A stretch of 64,000 nucleotides of DNA, from assembly GCA_964234715.1 (NCBI GenBank), contig OZ174276.1; one strand, given 5' to 3'. Under the pieces are notes generated by a model, which saw nothing but the letters and a program-made list of their open reading frames with translations, ran no database searches and was not told the origin of the DNA. The position numbers and the translations under genes are program-made. Positions 50,343-64,000 of this stretch are shown piece after piece. The DNA comes from Podarcis melisellensis. Lineage: Eukaryota. The first letter of the stretch is position 1. Each line of letters opens with the position of its first letter.

Positions 50343-50568
50343 CAGTGGTACCTCAGCTTACATATGCTTCAGGTTACAGACTCCGCTAACCCAGAAATAG
50401 TACCTCGGGTTAAGAACTTTGCTTCAGGATGAGCACAGAAATTGTGCTCCGGCAGCACGGCGGCAGCGGGAGGCCCTATTAGCTAAAGTGGTGCTTCAGG
50501 TTAAGAACAGTTTCAGGTTAAGAATGGACCTCTGGAACGAATTAAGTATGTAACCAGTGGTACCACTG
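50343..50568 (-). mobile_element. Tc1/mariner (Tigger-like) MITE, inverted relative to the 49373 copy
   Basis: TA TSD; TIR CAGTGGTACC; reverse complement is collinear with 49373-49595. Confidence 0.9.
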
Positions 50569-51371
50569 TATTTGTCTCTTTAACTTTCATAATGGAGTTG
50601 CATAGGTTTTTTTTTTCATCTAGAAAAGCACAAGAATTCTGTATTCTGAAAAGGCTTGAAACAATAGATTTCAGCAAATGGCCAATGTAATTTATTTGCA
50701 AAAAGAAAACCAAGAATTGAAGGTGTTCCTGAATAAAGATTTCTATGTGTGATTGTGCTGTCCTTGGAAGACTTGAAAAATTAAGTGTTTGTTGAAATGC
50801 TGTTGCATTTTTCTCAAGTAGGTGTACTTAGAATATCATTATCTAATGTATTAAATTATTATTAGAATGCTTCAGTCACTAAGATCCACTGGTGTATATG
50901 AGAGAGGTGAAACTGTATTGGAAGAAGATTCAGTTTCTGAAAATTTCTGCATGCCACTTGCTCTCTAGAACCAATCCAGCAATATTTTCTAAACTTTACC
51001 AAACTGCTTAATGACACATGAAAAATATTCAGCTTTCACTTTTGGGTGCCCCCCCTTTTTAGTGAATGTCTGTTACTGTGATCATATTTACCACCCAAAT
51101 AAAATAATTTTGTTTGCAAACTTATTTAAGGAAACCTGCTATATTTTCAGGGCTAAGTAATAGCATAGTATATGCTTTGGTGTGCTGCATGAATGGAAGG
51201 CAATACAAGAATATTTAACTGTTAGTTTCTCCAGTTAAGTTTAGTTGCTTTAAAAGTATAGGCAAATTAAAGTTAAAATAGCTTAGAACTATGCAATTGG
51301 AACTATTATTAGTATCATTTGTTTAGTTAATTAGTCACTTTACACAAGTTTCTCTAAGCAATTTACAAATA

Positions 51372-51585
51372 CAGTCATACCTCAGCTCCCAAACACCTTG
51401 GGAGTTGAATATTCCGGCTCCTGAACAATTGAAAACTGGAAGTAATTGTTCTTTTGGAAGCCAAGCGTCGAACGGGGCTTCTGCGGCTTCCAATTGGCTG
51501 TAGAAGCTGCGCTTTGAAAGGCAAACATTTCAGAAGTCAAACGGACTTCCGGAACGGATTCTGTTCAACCTCTGAGGTACGACTG
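51372..51585. mobile_element. Tc1/mariner (Tigger-like) MITE
   Basis: TA TSD; TIRs cagtcatacctcag / ctgaggtacgactg. Confidence 0.85.
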
Positions 51586-52951
51586 TAATAGTAAAAAGCA
51601 ATGCATAAAAAGTAAAAAACCAAGTAATTCAAAGTGAAGTGCAATACAATGTAATCAGTCAATAAAGGTTATACATTTACTAGTTAGTTTTTCCATGCTA
51701 CACATTTTGTCTACTGTTCAAGTATCTTCTCTTGTTACATTTGCCATTGGGGTGCTGCAGCAGATACAGTCCATATGGTGGTGACTGATTAATGCTTGAC
51801 CCGTAATAGGAACACTTATGAAATGAACTGTAGCCTTAATGATTAGGGTCTCCTTGCCCACTTTCTACATTTCTTATAATGACTGAAGAGTGTGTGGAGG
51901 CTTAACACATGACGGGTTGGGAATCCATGCAGTAGGGGTGCTTCTAAATGTCTTTGGCCTGGCAGGTATCTTGCCACAGGGAGGTCATTTTGAGTCACAT
52001 CCCAATGGCATAAGTGTTGTACAGTGGTGTCATCAAGTCAGGGCTTTGGGACAGAAGTCAAGGGCCCCCAAACTCAGCAGGGCTGGCTTACTGCATTTTG
52101 AAGTAAGTGAAGGAAGACAGAAAGCCATCAAAAGAAGTCACCCCCAACCTCCCCCACCCAATCAAGTCCAGGATCTATGATTGCCTAACTGCATCATTAG
52201 CTTTGTGTGCTCTACACCAGGTCCAAGTCAACAACATTTAAGCAATTAACTGGGAATGTTAGTTCCATTGATATTTCTGGTTGCAAATATTGATACTATA
52301 GTAGTTTCTTATCCATAGTGTGTGAATGCCTTTGCTTTGTGAGTGGGTTTAATACTCACATGCACAATAGCTCATATTTATAATAACTTTTTAGAGACCA
52401 TGGGTACATGTCCCAGAGTATGTTAAATCTGCGACTCAAGTGTAAGTAAAAATCAGCCTGAAATATGTATTGGATAATATTAAGTTTGTTTGGTATAACA
52501 AATTGTTGGCATTTAAAAATCAATTTTAAAAATCAACTCAGGGGCCAGAGCTATGCATCTTTACCCACATCAATATTCCTTTGCTATCAGTGATACTACA
52601 TTCAAGACAGGGGCTCATCCATACTTCCTGTTGTCCTGTTGCATTCCCCCAGAGGAAACTGCTCTTCAGCACTCAATCAAAGCAAATGGCAATTAATTAA
52701 GGTTTCTCCCGGATTGTCATTTGTTCCAATCTATCACTATAGAGAGGTTTTTCCATTGGGAAGGAGTGGGGCAAGGGGAAAACCACTCAGACCCACACTT
52801 TCTAGGCATGGCACAAGCTCAAGGGTGGATGAGCCCAGAGTGTTGTTTGAGATAAGACAATAAAGTGACGATATGTACGGTAGTCTTGTATAAATAATTT
52901 ATGCATGAAATTAAACTTATTACTTATCTTTAAGGACCTGGATCAAACTAA

Positions 52952-53194
<243 letters not shown>

Positions 53195-53344
53195 TGAGTT
53201 TTGGAAATATCTTACAAATGGAGCAAACACCTTTTTTACTGTTTCCTTCAACAACGAAAACATTGCACCAGTCATTCTACACACCTTTCTTACTGATGCT
53301 TTCGGAACTTAGTGAGCAAATCATGTCAAGTCCTGACCAGTGCA

Positions 53345-53525
53345 GCACATCAGAGGACCAGTAAACTCAGGAATCCTAAGTTCAAATCCACTTTAACCAT
53401 GAACGCACTGAATAACCGTAGGCAAGCTACTTTCTTAATCCTAGCTTTATCCCACCCAGTCTATAGTATGGGGATAATGATACAGCACAAAAGTTAATGA
53501 TACCAGATCACCTTACAGGTAGCCA
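53345..53525 (+). mobile_element. Ancient MIR/CORE-like SINE remnant
   Basis: cctaagttcaaatcc B-box-like, ggcaagctact, ctatagtatggggataatgata, accttacagg. Confidence 0.45.
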
Positions 53526-53903
53526 TTAGCCAGATAATGCGTGCAAAATATCTGGAGAATTTAGGAAAAAGTTGTATGTTAAATGCTTTGTTGTAAACTT
53601 AGAATGTTTCCTCTTCTCTATACATTGAAACAGAACCTCTAAAATCATTTTTCCAACACTTTAACATGCTTTACCTACATTTGAACCCATTGCATAGCCC
53701 TGCTGTTCTCAGCCTTGGCCTTATTTCATTACACAATCTAATTTGTCCCATATATTCAAAGACTGCTCCCCCCCATGACCAGTTCTTCCCTTACAGCCCT
53801 TACATTTATATTTTCAGGATTTTCTTTGTAACAAGTGACAATCTTAGAATCTGAACAAAAACTGCTTTCTGACGCTTGTTCCCTCTTCTTTTAACAATGC
53901 TGA

Positions 53904-54101
<198 letters not shown>

Positions 54102-55646
54102 TGAATATGTTAAAAGAGCAGCAGAGTGATTTAATATTTAAATGCTTATGGGGCCAAACAAGATAATGGTGAAAATTAGCGTAATTCAGATTTGCAACAC
54201 ATGATGTAAGAATAAAGGGATGAAACCCAAAAATTAATGTTGATTGTTCCAATAATAAAAGTAATGCCTTCAAATCTTCCCCCATACATCATTTTGCTTC
54301 ATGAATTAAACAGTCTGGTTTCAACAGCATGTATTATTTTTGAAAAGCTTTCCTTCTAAAACATACTGGTTTGAAAAGTGATGGTACAATATGTTCCTTA
54401 GCTGTTTATTAAAACTTTGCAAACTAAACATAGAGAAATTATATGTAGGGTTTTTTTTTTACTTCTTATGTAATGGAATTTAGTATATTATTATTATTAT
54501 TTTATTTTAAAAACTTACATCTGAGCTCACTGTAAACTTGAAGACAAAACAGTTTACATTTTTTGATTCACAGAGCTATCTGCTGGATCAAACAGCTTTC
54601 CATCAACAGATGGACACATTTGCATACTATTGTGAATTATTAAACATTGTAATGAAAAGTGTGTGCAAGTGTGAAAATATGGAGGCAGAGATTCAGAAAG
54701 GGTTACATGTGTGCACTAAAACAAAAGGTTTGGAAGGGTTGCCAATCTGTTTATACTTCCAGTCTTACCTCTTGAAATTTTTGTCAGTTCTTTTTGTTGA
54801 GTCCAGTGGAAAGCCTCTCACACTAACCTTTGGCAAATGTTAATTCTCTTATGAGTTTACATGTAGTATAAACTACAAACCAATAACCTCTTTTATTTGG
54901 TGATGTATAAGGGCACGTTGAATTAGTTCATTACACTTCAAAGGGAAATAATACATTCTTAAATGGTAAAGGTTTTCTTTCCATATTCCTCATCTAAAAT
55001 AATTTTTAGTGACAATTGTACTCTTTCATCCTCATTCTTTTATTCATTTTAACAGCTTGGGACTCTTACTTGAATCTATTGATGTTTAGCTAAATTAAAA
55101 GTCTAGTATCAAGTCCATCAGAAATGATAGTGCTTCAGTGTCCTTTTTGGCATCTGTTTAGGAAAGCCTAGCCAATATTCAGTGCTGTCCAAATAGTAAG
55201 TGTCAACTCAATAATGGAGAACTGCTTTGATCTCTTTCTACCATTTCTCTCATGCCAGAGATAACAGTGTGCCAAATGGTAGCTTTGCCACTTGCCATAT
55301 TAAGTCCACCTTTCTGCTGGTAGAAAGAGATTCCCGAGCCAGTGATAGGCATTAGGAATTGAACTGCGGTCAACTGAATCAAGCACAATGCATGATTAAA
55401 CTCCCTAGCAATCAGAGGAAATTATCCTATTTCTGCTGCCTCCAACTGGTCTGGCTGTTGCAGTTGTAACAGGACAAACCAAAAGCAGCTAGTGAACACC
55501 TTTCTGAGGACAACCAGTATGAATTAGTAATCAAAGCATGTGACTGAATCTTGTTTTCAGATCTCTGTGGCCATGATCTTAACATATTCAAAGTGAACTT
55601 GAAAGTTTTAAAATCACAGCATTATTATTTTTTTATTCTTTTACAG

Positions 55647-55737
55647 AACACTGTGTAGAATTTCAAAAAATTAATATGAGCAACTGCTCCCAACAATATT
55701 TGCAGAATGCTACTTCTCCAGTGATGGAATTTTGGGA
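55647..55737 (+). CDS. SLC6A11: GAT-3 coding exon 4 (91 nt, extracellular loop 2); not in the ORF track
   Basis: (E)[29 protein letters not shown](E); ttttacag| acceptor and |gtaagt donor; frame continues from the previous exon. Confidence 0.95.
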
Positions 55738-58700
55738 GTAAGTATAACTAAACTTTTATTCTAAACTAATTACAATATTAACTCTCTTCAAATGAAAGGT
55801 GTGGAACAAACAATAATAGCTAAATGTAATCTTATGGCAACGTGAGAATTTCAGCAGCAAACTGTTTTTACATAAAATTCACATAGGTCATACCAAGAAC
55901 TCTTCCGTAATAGGAAATAAAAATATATATTTTCATTGGGAATGAATATGTGCAATCCAGACACATTTACTTGAAAGCACATCTCATTAAAATCAAACTT
56001 TGTTCTGCACATGATGGCTAGTATTTTGTGTATGCATGTGTGTTGAGAGGATGGGAATGTTTTCCTTGGAATATTATCTGTAAGAGTTTGTTGCAAGACT
56101 TTCCTGAGCAGGGCCCTGAAACTTAGATTTCTGATGGAAGGGACTGCTAATCTCAGCCAAATATTATCAATGCGTAGGAGATGGCATATCATACATAATA
56201 CCTTATCTGAGCATTTCCTGTCGTTTAGGAAATGTTTTGCCCTTAGTTTGGTTTTTGGCTAAGGTTATATTCCAGTTGTGTTCTCATTGTGGTGAAGATT
56301 ACTTGGTGGGGGAGAGTGTTCCCTTGCTTGTTTTGGTCCCAGTGCTTCAATTTTTCTTTGGCTATGTTTTTCTGTGCTATCTATGCTGGCTGAAAAATGT
56401 TCACAAAAATATCTAGTGAATTTTCCCCAGCATTTTTAAGCGTTAGGAGAAGGAAGCACAGGAGTTCTCTTTATGTGTGTTTATACTTCTGACCATCTGC
56501 TGCTACAGATTTTGTAGGGAGTAATTGCATCTAAAATGCAGAGACACAAAATTTGCATGGTCAAATGTGTTGAGTGGAGTTTCTCTATCCCTTTCTGCCA
56601 TAACTGTACATAACCGGGGAGCTTGTGCCTGGTCATCTTTGCGCAGGCAAAACAGTCTATTGTTTCCCCAACAATTACTATTTTTTCCTGTAGTTTATTT
56701 TTTAAAAAAACTTGCATAACTGGACATCATCCATGGCTGAACCTGGAAAATGGATTGATTTCACTGGTGCTTCTGAGATGTTGCATTGTTAACCTGAATA
56801 GCTGCGACCTGATAAGAACTCTCTTAACCATGAATTGTATCCACCACTCTTGCTCCATTTACATAACAGACTTCTGCTTATGCAATGAAACTTGCCTTTT
56901 CTCCCTTGCTGCAGAGGGTCCAGGTGCTCTCCAAAGCAGATTTTGGGGGTGTGCGGAAACAGGGATGTTACGTTGTGATAATAGAATGCTGATTGTGCAT
57001 CATTGGACACAACCACATGCGTCTGGGAGTTTCCACTTCCTAGAATCCAAATATTAATCATTCAGTCCAAGTAGGAGTGTGGGCAATGATTCTGGTAAAG
57101 GACAACTTACCTATTTCTAAGTAATAAAAAATAATTTATGCTAAGCCAATTTCCTTGCTATCCAGGCAATTTATTTGTACAAAATAACTATCCTGTGAAA
57201 AAACTGAATCATTGAAGCATTTGTTTGGTGCAGAACTGTGCCTCGGAAGAGGAATAATTTGTGTGCACAAGCCGCTAAGACTTGTTTTTAAATGATTGAT
57301 GAGAAATCCAAGCTTTCATTTCAGCAAATGTTGAGCAGGTTCTCTTGTGTTTTTTAACCCCATCAGTCATGCTGTGCTCTGTAGGCATAAGCGTTCAAAG
57401 CAACAAAATTAACAAAGTAGCATGTGGTGGAGTATAGATGTGCGCAGAGGCCAGCTGCACGCACACACACACACACTGAGAGAGATCAGAGAGGAACCCG
57501 AGTCTTTCCTTTTAAAAGTGTAAATGCTGTATTTCTATTAAAATTCTGCAGTAGTCACCTGCAAACATTCTTTAAGATTGCCTTTATTAATAAATCTCTG
57601 TGCCACTCCCATAAATATATTGTCTACTACTCTTATTAAGACATATTCTTTGAACGGGTCGTTGACCAAGAGAGAAAGAAATAATTTTATTATAGTTAGG
57701 TAAAGGACAGAGTTCATTTAAGTGAGAGAGTGTTTTCTGAGTTGAACTGAACATTCACCACTATCTTGACATCTGATGGATTTGTAATGCATGGAAGCAT
57801 ATTCAGTGGCAATGAATATTAATGCTTGCATTAGTGGATTTTGAAAAGTTTGAGGAGAACTAGAAATTTATCAGGGATGAAAGAGTGCATATTTGCATTA
57901 GATCTAATTAGTTAAATATGTTGCCCCCGGAGCATGTTTAGGAGTTCCAGAATAATATTTATATCACAATAATATTTGTATATTTGATGCCTGAGGGTGC
58001 TGAGGAATGCTTTTTCTGACATTGCAGGAAAGAATACCACTGAACACTTAGAGTTATATTTTCTATATCTGCACTTTTCAAATGAACTTATTCCCATGGC
58101 TTGAAAGTGTGAAGAAAGAACTAAGGATACATTGTATGCTGTGTTTACTATGATTTCAGGTTTTGTTTAAAATAAAAATACTATGTGATATGGAGACAGC
58201 CAAATTTCTGTTCATATGCCCACCCACATTACAGTTTCACAAATGCACAAGTCCAAAAGAGAAGAATGAGAACTTTAGGTCCTGTTGGCAAATGCTAATT
58301 TTTGGCAAAGTATTGAGTTTTGAAAATCAAGAAATGTGTCCCTTGTGCATTCAGTAAATACTGTAATTCACCATCACAATATACAGTACTATATTTGCAT
58401 CGTCCACTACAAATAATACTGGTTTTACACATAGCCAGTACAGCTATAAGTGACATAGTATGGGGCAGCAGGTTTGATATGGAGTGAAACTGGCATCATT
58501 TTATTGTTAAGTTGCAAAGCTGGGATTTATTCTTTCAGTTATTTAAATATGTATACCCACCTTTCCTCATATAGTTCAAAGCAGCTATATTTTGTTATAA
58601 CTATACCGTAGCTTTTAAATAATCTTATAGAATATTGTAATGCAAAATATATAATAATGTTGTTGAACGTATGAGTCCTTTTTACCTATTGACTGACTCA

Positions 58701-58859
58701 GTTCTTTAGTTGTGGGCACTTGTGGGAGAGAATATCTAGATGATGTGGGAGTGTCTGGTGCCAGCATGATTGTGTGTGTATTTGTGTATATATACTCATA
58801 TTTGGGCAGGCACTGATGTCTTGTGAAAATTTGAGAGGCACACAACTGGACACCTACTA

Positions 58860-59263
58860 CAGTTGTACCTTGGAAGTCAAATGGAATCCGTTCTGGAAGT
58901 CTATGTTCGGAAACCAAAGTGTGGCTTCTGATTGGCTGCAGAAAGCTCCTGTAGCCAATCGGAAGCCCTATCAGATGTTCAGCTTCCAAAAATAGTTCAC
59001 AAATTGGAACAGTCACTTCCAGGTTTGTGGCGTTTGGGAGCCAAAACGTTTGAGAACCAGTGGCGTAGCGTGGGGGGTGCAGGGGGGGCCGGCTGCACCG
59101 GGCGCAACATCTGGGGGTTAGGGTTAGGGGGCGCAACTCCACGGGTTAGGGGGCGCAAATCCACGGGTTAGGGAGTGAAAATTAATTGCCTTGCCCCGGG
59201 TGCTGACAACCCACGCTATGCCACTGTCGAGAACTAAGCTGTGCGAAAACCAAGGTACAACTG
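58860..59263. mobile_element. Tc1/mariner (Tigger-like) MITE interrupted by a hAT MITE
   Basis: TA TSD; perfect 14-bp TIR CAGTTGTACCTTGG / CCAAGGTACAACTG. Confidence 0.9.
59058..59226. mobile_element. hAT (Tip100-like) MITE containing TTAGGG motifs
   Basis: TIR CAGTGGCGTAGCGTGGG / CCCACGCTATGCCACTG; 8-bp TSD TTGAGAAC/TCGAGAAC. Confidence 0.9.
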
Positions 59264-62200
59264 TATATTTTTAGGGATCCCTTAGTTGCACAGGGAATGA
59301 AAGGAAGTGGCAAAGCTCAGTCTGAATTTGCAGGCCACAAAATGTAAAAAATAACCCCACGCCTCTGTATGAAGCTTCCTCTCTGATAAGCTGTGGTGCT
59401 GTAGGGCTGTTGTGTGGTGTTGGTTATGTTATAAATATAGTGATGGAAGTTCCTTGATGTATCCAAGCCATGATGCTGGTTTATCGATCCAAAGGCTGGA
59501 AACAGTGGAAATGTACATGTTAGATAGAATGGGAACGAGACTTACTTGACAACTAAACCTTCGTAGCAGGGAAGATCATCTTCTATCAAATGAGAAGGGT
59601 GCAGCTGAGGGAACCCATTGATGTAATTTTTGCTTACTGACTCTCTTCAAGTCTTTTACCATGGTTTAGAAATACAGCTTGCTGCTTCTTAGAAAAGGAT
59701 TTGGGTAAACGGAGGTGACACGGTGGTGAAGTTATTTCCACCTCAATAGTCTCCTTTGTTAGGCAAGTAACAACCCAGACCCCTGCTAAAGAAGACCTAG
59801 TTGTTAGCCTGTCATTCAGTGGAAAAGGTGGCATATCCCTCGTGTTTTCAAGTAAAGCCCAGTGAGAAAAACATTTTCTCAAAGGAAAATGAGCTATGCT
59901 CTGTAGAAGGAAAAGGTTAAAAAAAAACTTGACAAAGTCAAAAAGAGTTTTTCCTGCTTTATTCAGGTTGCAAATAACTGCAGGAGACACATTGTTACTA
60001 ATCCCCACAATCCTAGGAAAAGTCATTAGCAAGTTTGGGCCTGATTCTGGTGCACTTAGCACCCACACACTTATTCAGTTCCTCTCTGGACTGGGCCTTT
60101 TTTGTGCTCAACTTGAAGAACATTTTGCTGTGCCAGACTCGTCGGTTTGTGTTCAGTTCACAGAAGGCCGTGTGAAAACATTCTTTCATTTGGATGAACA
60201 CAAGTTTTTCTCTGGGTTCTGCCTCGAAACCACAAGCTTTGCTTGGTTTTATTTGGAAGCACTGAACATGGCTGAGCCACCTTCTCTTTGATACTAGGCA
60301 AAATTTTGAGTTATAATAAGGCATCAATCCAGAAAATTTTAAATAGTTTGAGGAATCTGCATCATTTATTTCTATGATGCACCCTAGAGATTATATTACC
60401 TGCAAAAGTAGAACTTTCCAAATGAATTTTGAGCAAACATGGCAGGAAATTTTTTTTTTTTTTGCAAAACATTTAATGCAAACATTTAAACCAAAATACA
60501 CATCCTGGAATACATCTTTCTTTGGGATTTTTAAAATATTCATTTGCCATAGATTTCTTCATTATTTCTGTTTGGTAATTCGGAGTGATGGCAGGTGCCT
60601 TGGGAGATTATATATAAGGACACAGAGTGTCTTGTCTGGACATGGTGAAAAGCGACTCCTTACTTTTATATCTCGTAACAAAAATGAGGAGACATTTTTG
60701 GATGCTTTCAGAATAGGTGGCAAAAATTGACTTAAATTTTTGCAGGCACTTACAACTGGAATGCCTGGTAGTATGACAACATTGCCCCCATTTTTCTTTT
60801 TTGCTGTTATGGCAAGTTGCACTCCTAATACACTCCACAGCACCTTTGTGGAGGGACACTATGACACAACACAGCATCCTTCAAGTGATAGTGTTGCAGG
60901 ATAAAAGGGTTCCATGGTTTTTTGATTAAAGATTTCAGCTTTAGTCAGATCTCATTTTGGCAAATTTGGCACGATGCAAAAAGGGTGCTATAGAATCACA
61001 GTTAGAGGGAACTTTGGAGACTATATCCTGCACAATGCAGGCTCTTAAATACAGAATGCAACTGCCACATTGCTTACAGAGGTCTGTCAAACTTTTTCAG
61101 CTTAAAATATGCCCAATGATGGCAAATTCCTAAGACAGCCTGTGGCATTTGCATTTATCACTATCAACACTATTTTGTTCTTTTGCTGCCTAATGCTTTT
61201 GAATTACAACTGGTAGTTACCGTAATTATACATCGAAAGCAAAATAGGTTAACGGATGTTAGTAATTAGTTTATTGAAAAATTGGTAAAAATATGTGCTG
61301 AATCTTGACGTGTCTGAATGTAGAAACGTTTACTCAAGGGTAATTAAACTTTAATTAATAGAATTACTAGTGAGATGTGGTTCTTATTTTGACTCTTAAA
61401 GAAACTCTGCTTATTGCTGCTGCCTAGGAATGCTGTAGTGATTTTTAAGATTCAAACAGATACTGTTGTTCAGTTACGTGCAGTTATTCTATGTATTTCT
61501 TGTATCCTATTTTATATGATATATTTTTCTTTCAGGAATGATTGTATAAGAATGCATTAGATCTAGGGCTATTAGCTGTTATAAAAACCAATACTTGATT
61601 AAAATGCACAAGTTTAAATTATTAAAATGAATGAAGCGGGTTATTATAATAAAGACTCTTTCTCCCCCTGTTTTCTGTGGAGTGCAGCTCAGTATGAAGT
61701 GTTAAGAGCAATATCTCCTTTAAATAATTGGTGTGACTCAAAATCACAATTCACACTTCACATAGAAGTCCATTCCCTTACATTACAAGATCAAAACGGA
61801 GCTAGGAAAGATTAAGAAACGTGGCATAATTAAAGGAATTGCTTAGCACTTTGTGTTGTGCAACAGTGGTGGTCACAGTCATCAAGAAAATGGGGAAATA
61901 ATATGCATCTGTGTAGATCCTTGACAGCATAATGGAACTAGCCAAGAAAAATATGTACTTCAACACTAGATGACGTTTTAATGAAAGTGACAGGAGCTGA
62001 TTATTTTGCAAATGAGATGGCTCAAGCAATTTTTGGCTGCATTTAAGAAACTGGTAGTTTGCCTGTTCTTTATGAAATTGCACTCCACGTGAAGGAGCAG
62101 ATACATAGCTTGGAAATTCTCTGTCACATCACTGGAGACATAGAGGCTAAGACTGTTTTCTTCTGGCTTCAGCCAGTGTATTTGCTATGACCATCCATGG

Positions 62201-64000
62201 TCCAGGATAGCTTGGACATAGTGGTTCAGGTCTTGGTAACTTCTAGATTGGTACTGCTTTGTGAAGAATCTCCCTCCCCTTTTACAGGCCAACACAGAAG
62301 GTGGGACAACTGACCTGTCAATCACCTGAGGTAATGAAACCAGATGATTGGCAGGAGGATGGACCAGCAGATAATCGGTACAGGATTATACCTAAAGGAA
62401 TCAAATCTCTCATTGAAAATTTGGAGAATAAATTATGAAAGTAGGCTTCTGCCTTCTGAACAAATGCCAACATGCATGGCCTGAAAAATAGCTTTCTTAC
62501 CTTTTGAATTTAAAAGAAAACACAATAGAAGAGCTTGCAATATCAAATTTGTGCTCATGAAATTCTCTAAGGAAGTTTCTTCTTACTATATTTCTCCAGG
62601 CTTGGAGAAAAACAACTGCAGATTATGGCAGCAATGGCAAGGCAATTTGAGACTGTAGCCCTAAAAACACTATTGGAATATGTGAGACTTAATTACAACC
62701 AATGCATTTAGGCTTTGGGTACCAGTGATGCAGAATAGAGTGAGCGAAATGCCAATTTTAATGAATTATGAGTCCAGAAAACACTTTGCGCTCATGCAAA
62801 TTCAATGAATCTTCAATAAGGGTTCAGTGAAACAAAGACTAATTCTATTGCTTGAGTCTTTTAAAGGAAAAAAAATTAAACTAGCAAATCCTTCCCTTAG
62901 TAGGATGCAATATGGTGAGAGTGACCTTAGCTATGAGGGTAGTTCAGTTTTTAAGTATTACATTCTGGTAATTGACAAAGGAAGGTCACAGAAATCTTTA
63001 TGAAGTGGTATATTTATCAGAATTGAGCACAATGCTTTTCATTCCCATTAACATCAATCACTGGGAACCACTTGGAATATTCTGCCCAGAATTTCTTCTG
63101 GGAGCAGAAATATGACTTTGCAAGCCAGGATTCGTGCATTTTGAATGGGGTCATATTTTCAATTCCTTGTTGCTTACCAAGACTGAAGCTCCCTACTCCC
63201 AATGTCAGAGGGCTCAATCCAGGTTGGACCCGACAGCAACTATTTACTTTGTAAGTCATTCACACACAGTTGCTATTATTGAAGATGCATGTATCACTTT
63301 AAAATGTTTAGAAGAAAGGCTTGGTGTGCAAAAAGTGCTGGAGATCAAGACTACTTGAACCAGTAATCTACACCATAGCTTTCTTTTCCAAATTTTGAAT
63401 CTTGTTTGGGAAGAGCATCAGCAGGGCTTAGCATACTTCAGTGAATGTCCATCCACCTCTCAGCAGTGAGATCTGTGGAAGAGGCTCTCCCTTAAACAGA
63501 GATGCTTCTGAAATTATCTTCATCGTTATTTCTTTCTGAGTCTCTCAGATTACATGTACTTCTCTCTGAAGTGGAACTGATGTTCTAAGAATTATTGGTT
63601 GTTCTCTTTTGGTTCTAAATTTTGTACAGAGAGCTGTGTCTGTAGAATTTGCCACAACGTTCTCTCAGTTTTGTCCTCCTCCCCATTATGCACCACTATG
63701 ATAAAACTTTAAAAGCGGTCTTAATGTAATTGTATGCATGACTGCATCAATATTCTTTCTTTTGTAATTTTTCAGGAAAAAAACACAAGTTCAGTCGCAA
63801 AACAATCTTAGATAGTAAGTAGACCACTGTATCAAGATTTAGTTTGCAAGGACTTCCATTTGCCGTGAGGTACATACTTGTAAATCAGCAACACTGCACA
63901 AAAGAAAATTAGTGCATTGAAGAATATTATGCATTGTTTATCAAATGGAAATCAGCAATGTGTGTGTGGAGAAATAAAATAAACTGGATGAACTGAAAAC

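Noticed and set aside
55738-64000. Next SLC6A11 exon (RVLAISDGIEHIG...WKG)
   Set aside because: Not found by eye or in the ORF track; it presumably lies beyond the window in a long intron, so this is not evidence of a pseudogene.

Overview
This is vertebrate genomic DNA from a squamate reptile, probably a lacertid lizard, judged from its Sauria SINE, BovB, CR1, L2 and MITE content. It is not prokaryotic. The only recognisable host gene is the 5' part of SLC6A11 (GABA transporter GAT-3) on the + strand. It has a CpG-island promoter (~44.3-45.1 kb), a probable non-coding first exon, and four coding exons (45418-45637, 52980-53114, 53932-54072, 55647-55737); the gene continues beyond the window. 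The first ~3 kb look like the 3' UTR of an unidentified upstream + strand gene. The rest is intergenic or intronic and rich in retroposons and MITEs, many with readable TIRs and target-site duplications and several nested. The best candidate for an undescribed system is a set of SINEs sharing one CR1-LINE 3' tail but carrying three different tRNA heads (Lys-CTT, Ile-AAT, Asn-GTT), with a fragment of the partner CR1 in the same window. Also notable are a Bov-A-like bipartite BovB derivative, a hAT MITE carrying a BovB fragment, a MITE with TTAGGG motifs, a triple-nested insertion and a candidate glial enhancer. All family assignments were made by eye from recalled consensus sequences, and novelty needs database checks.
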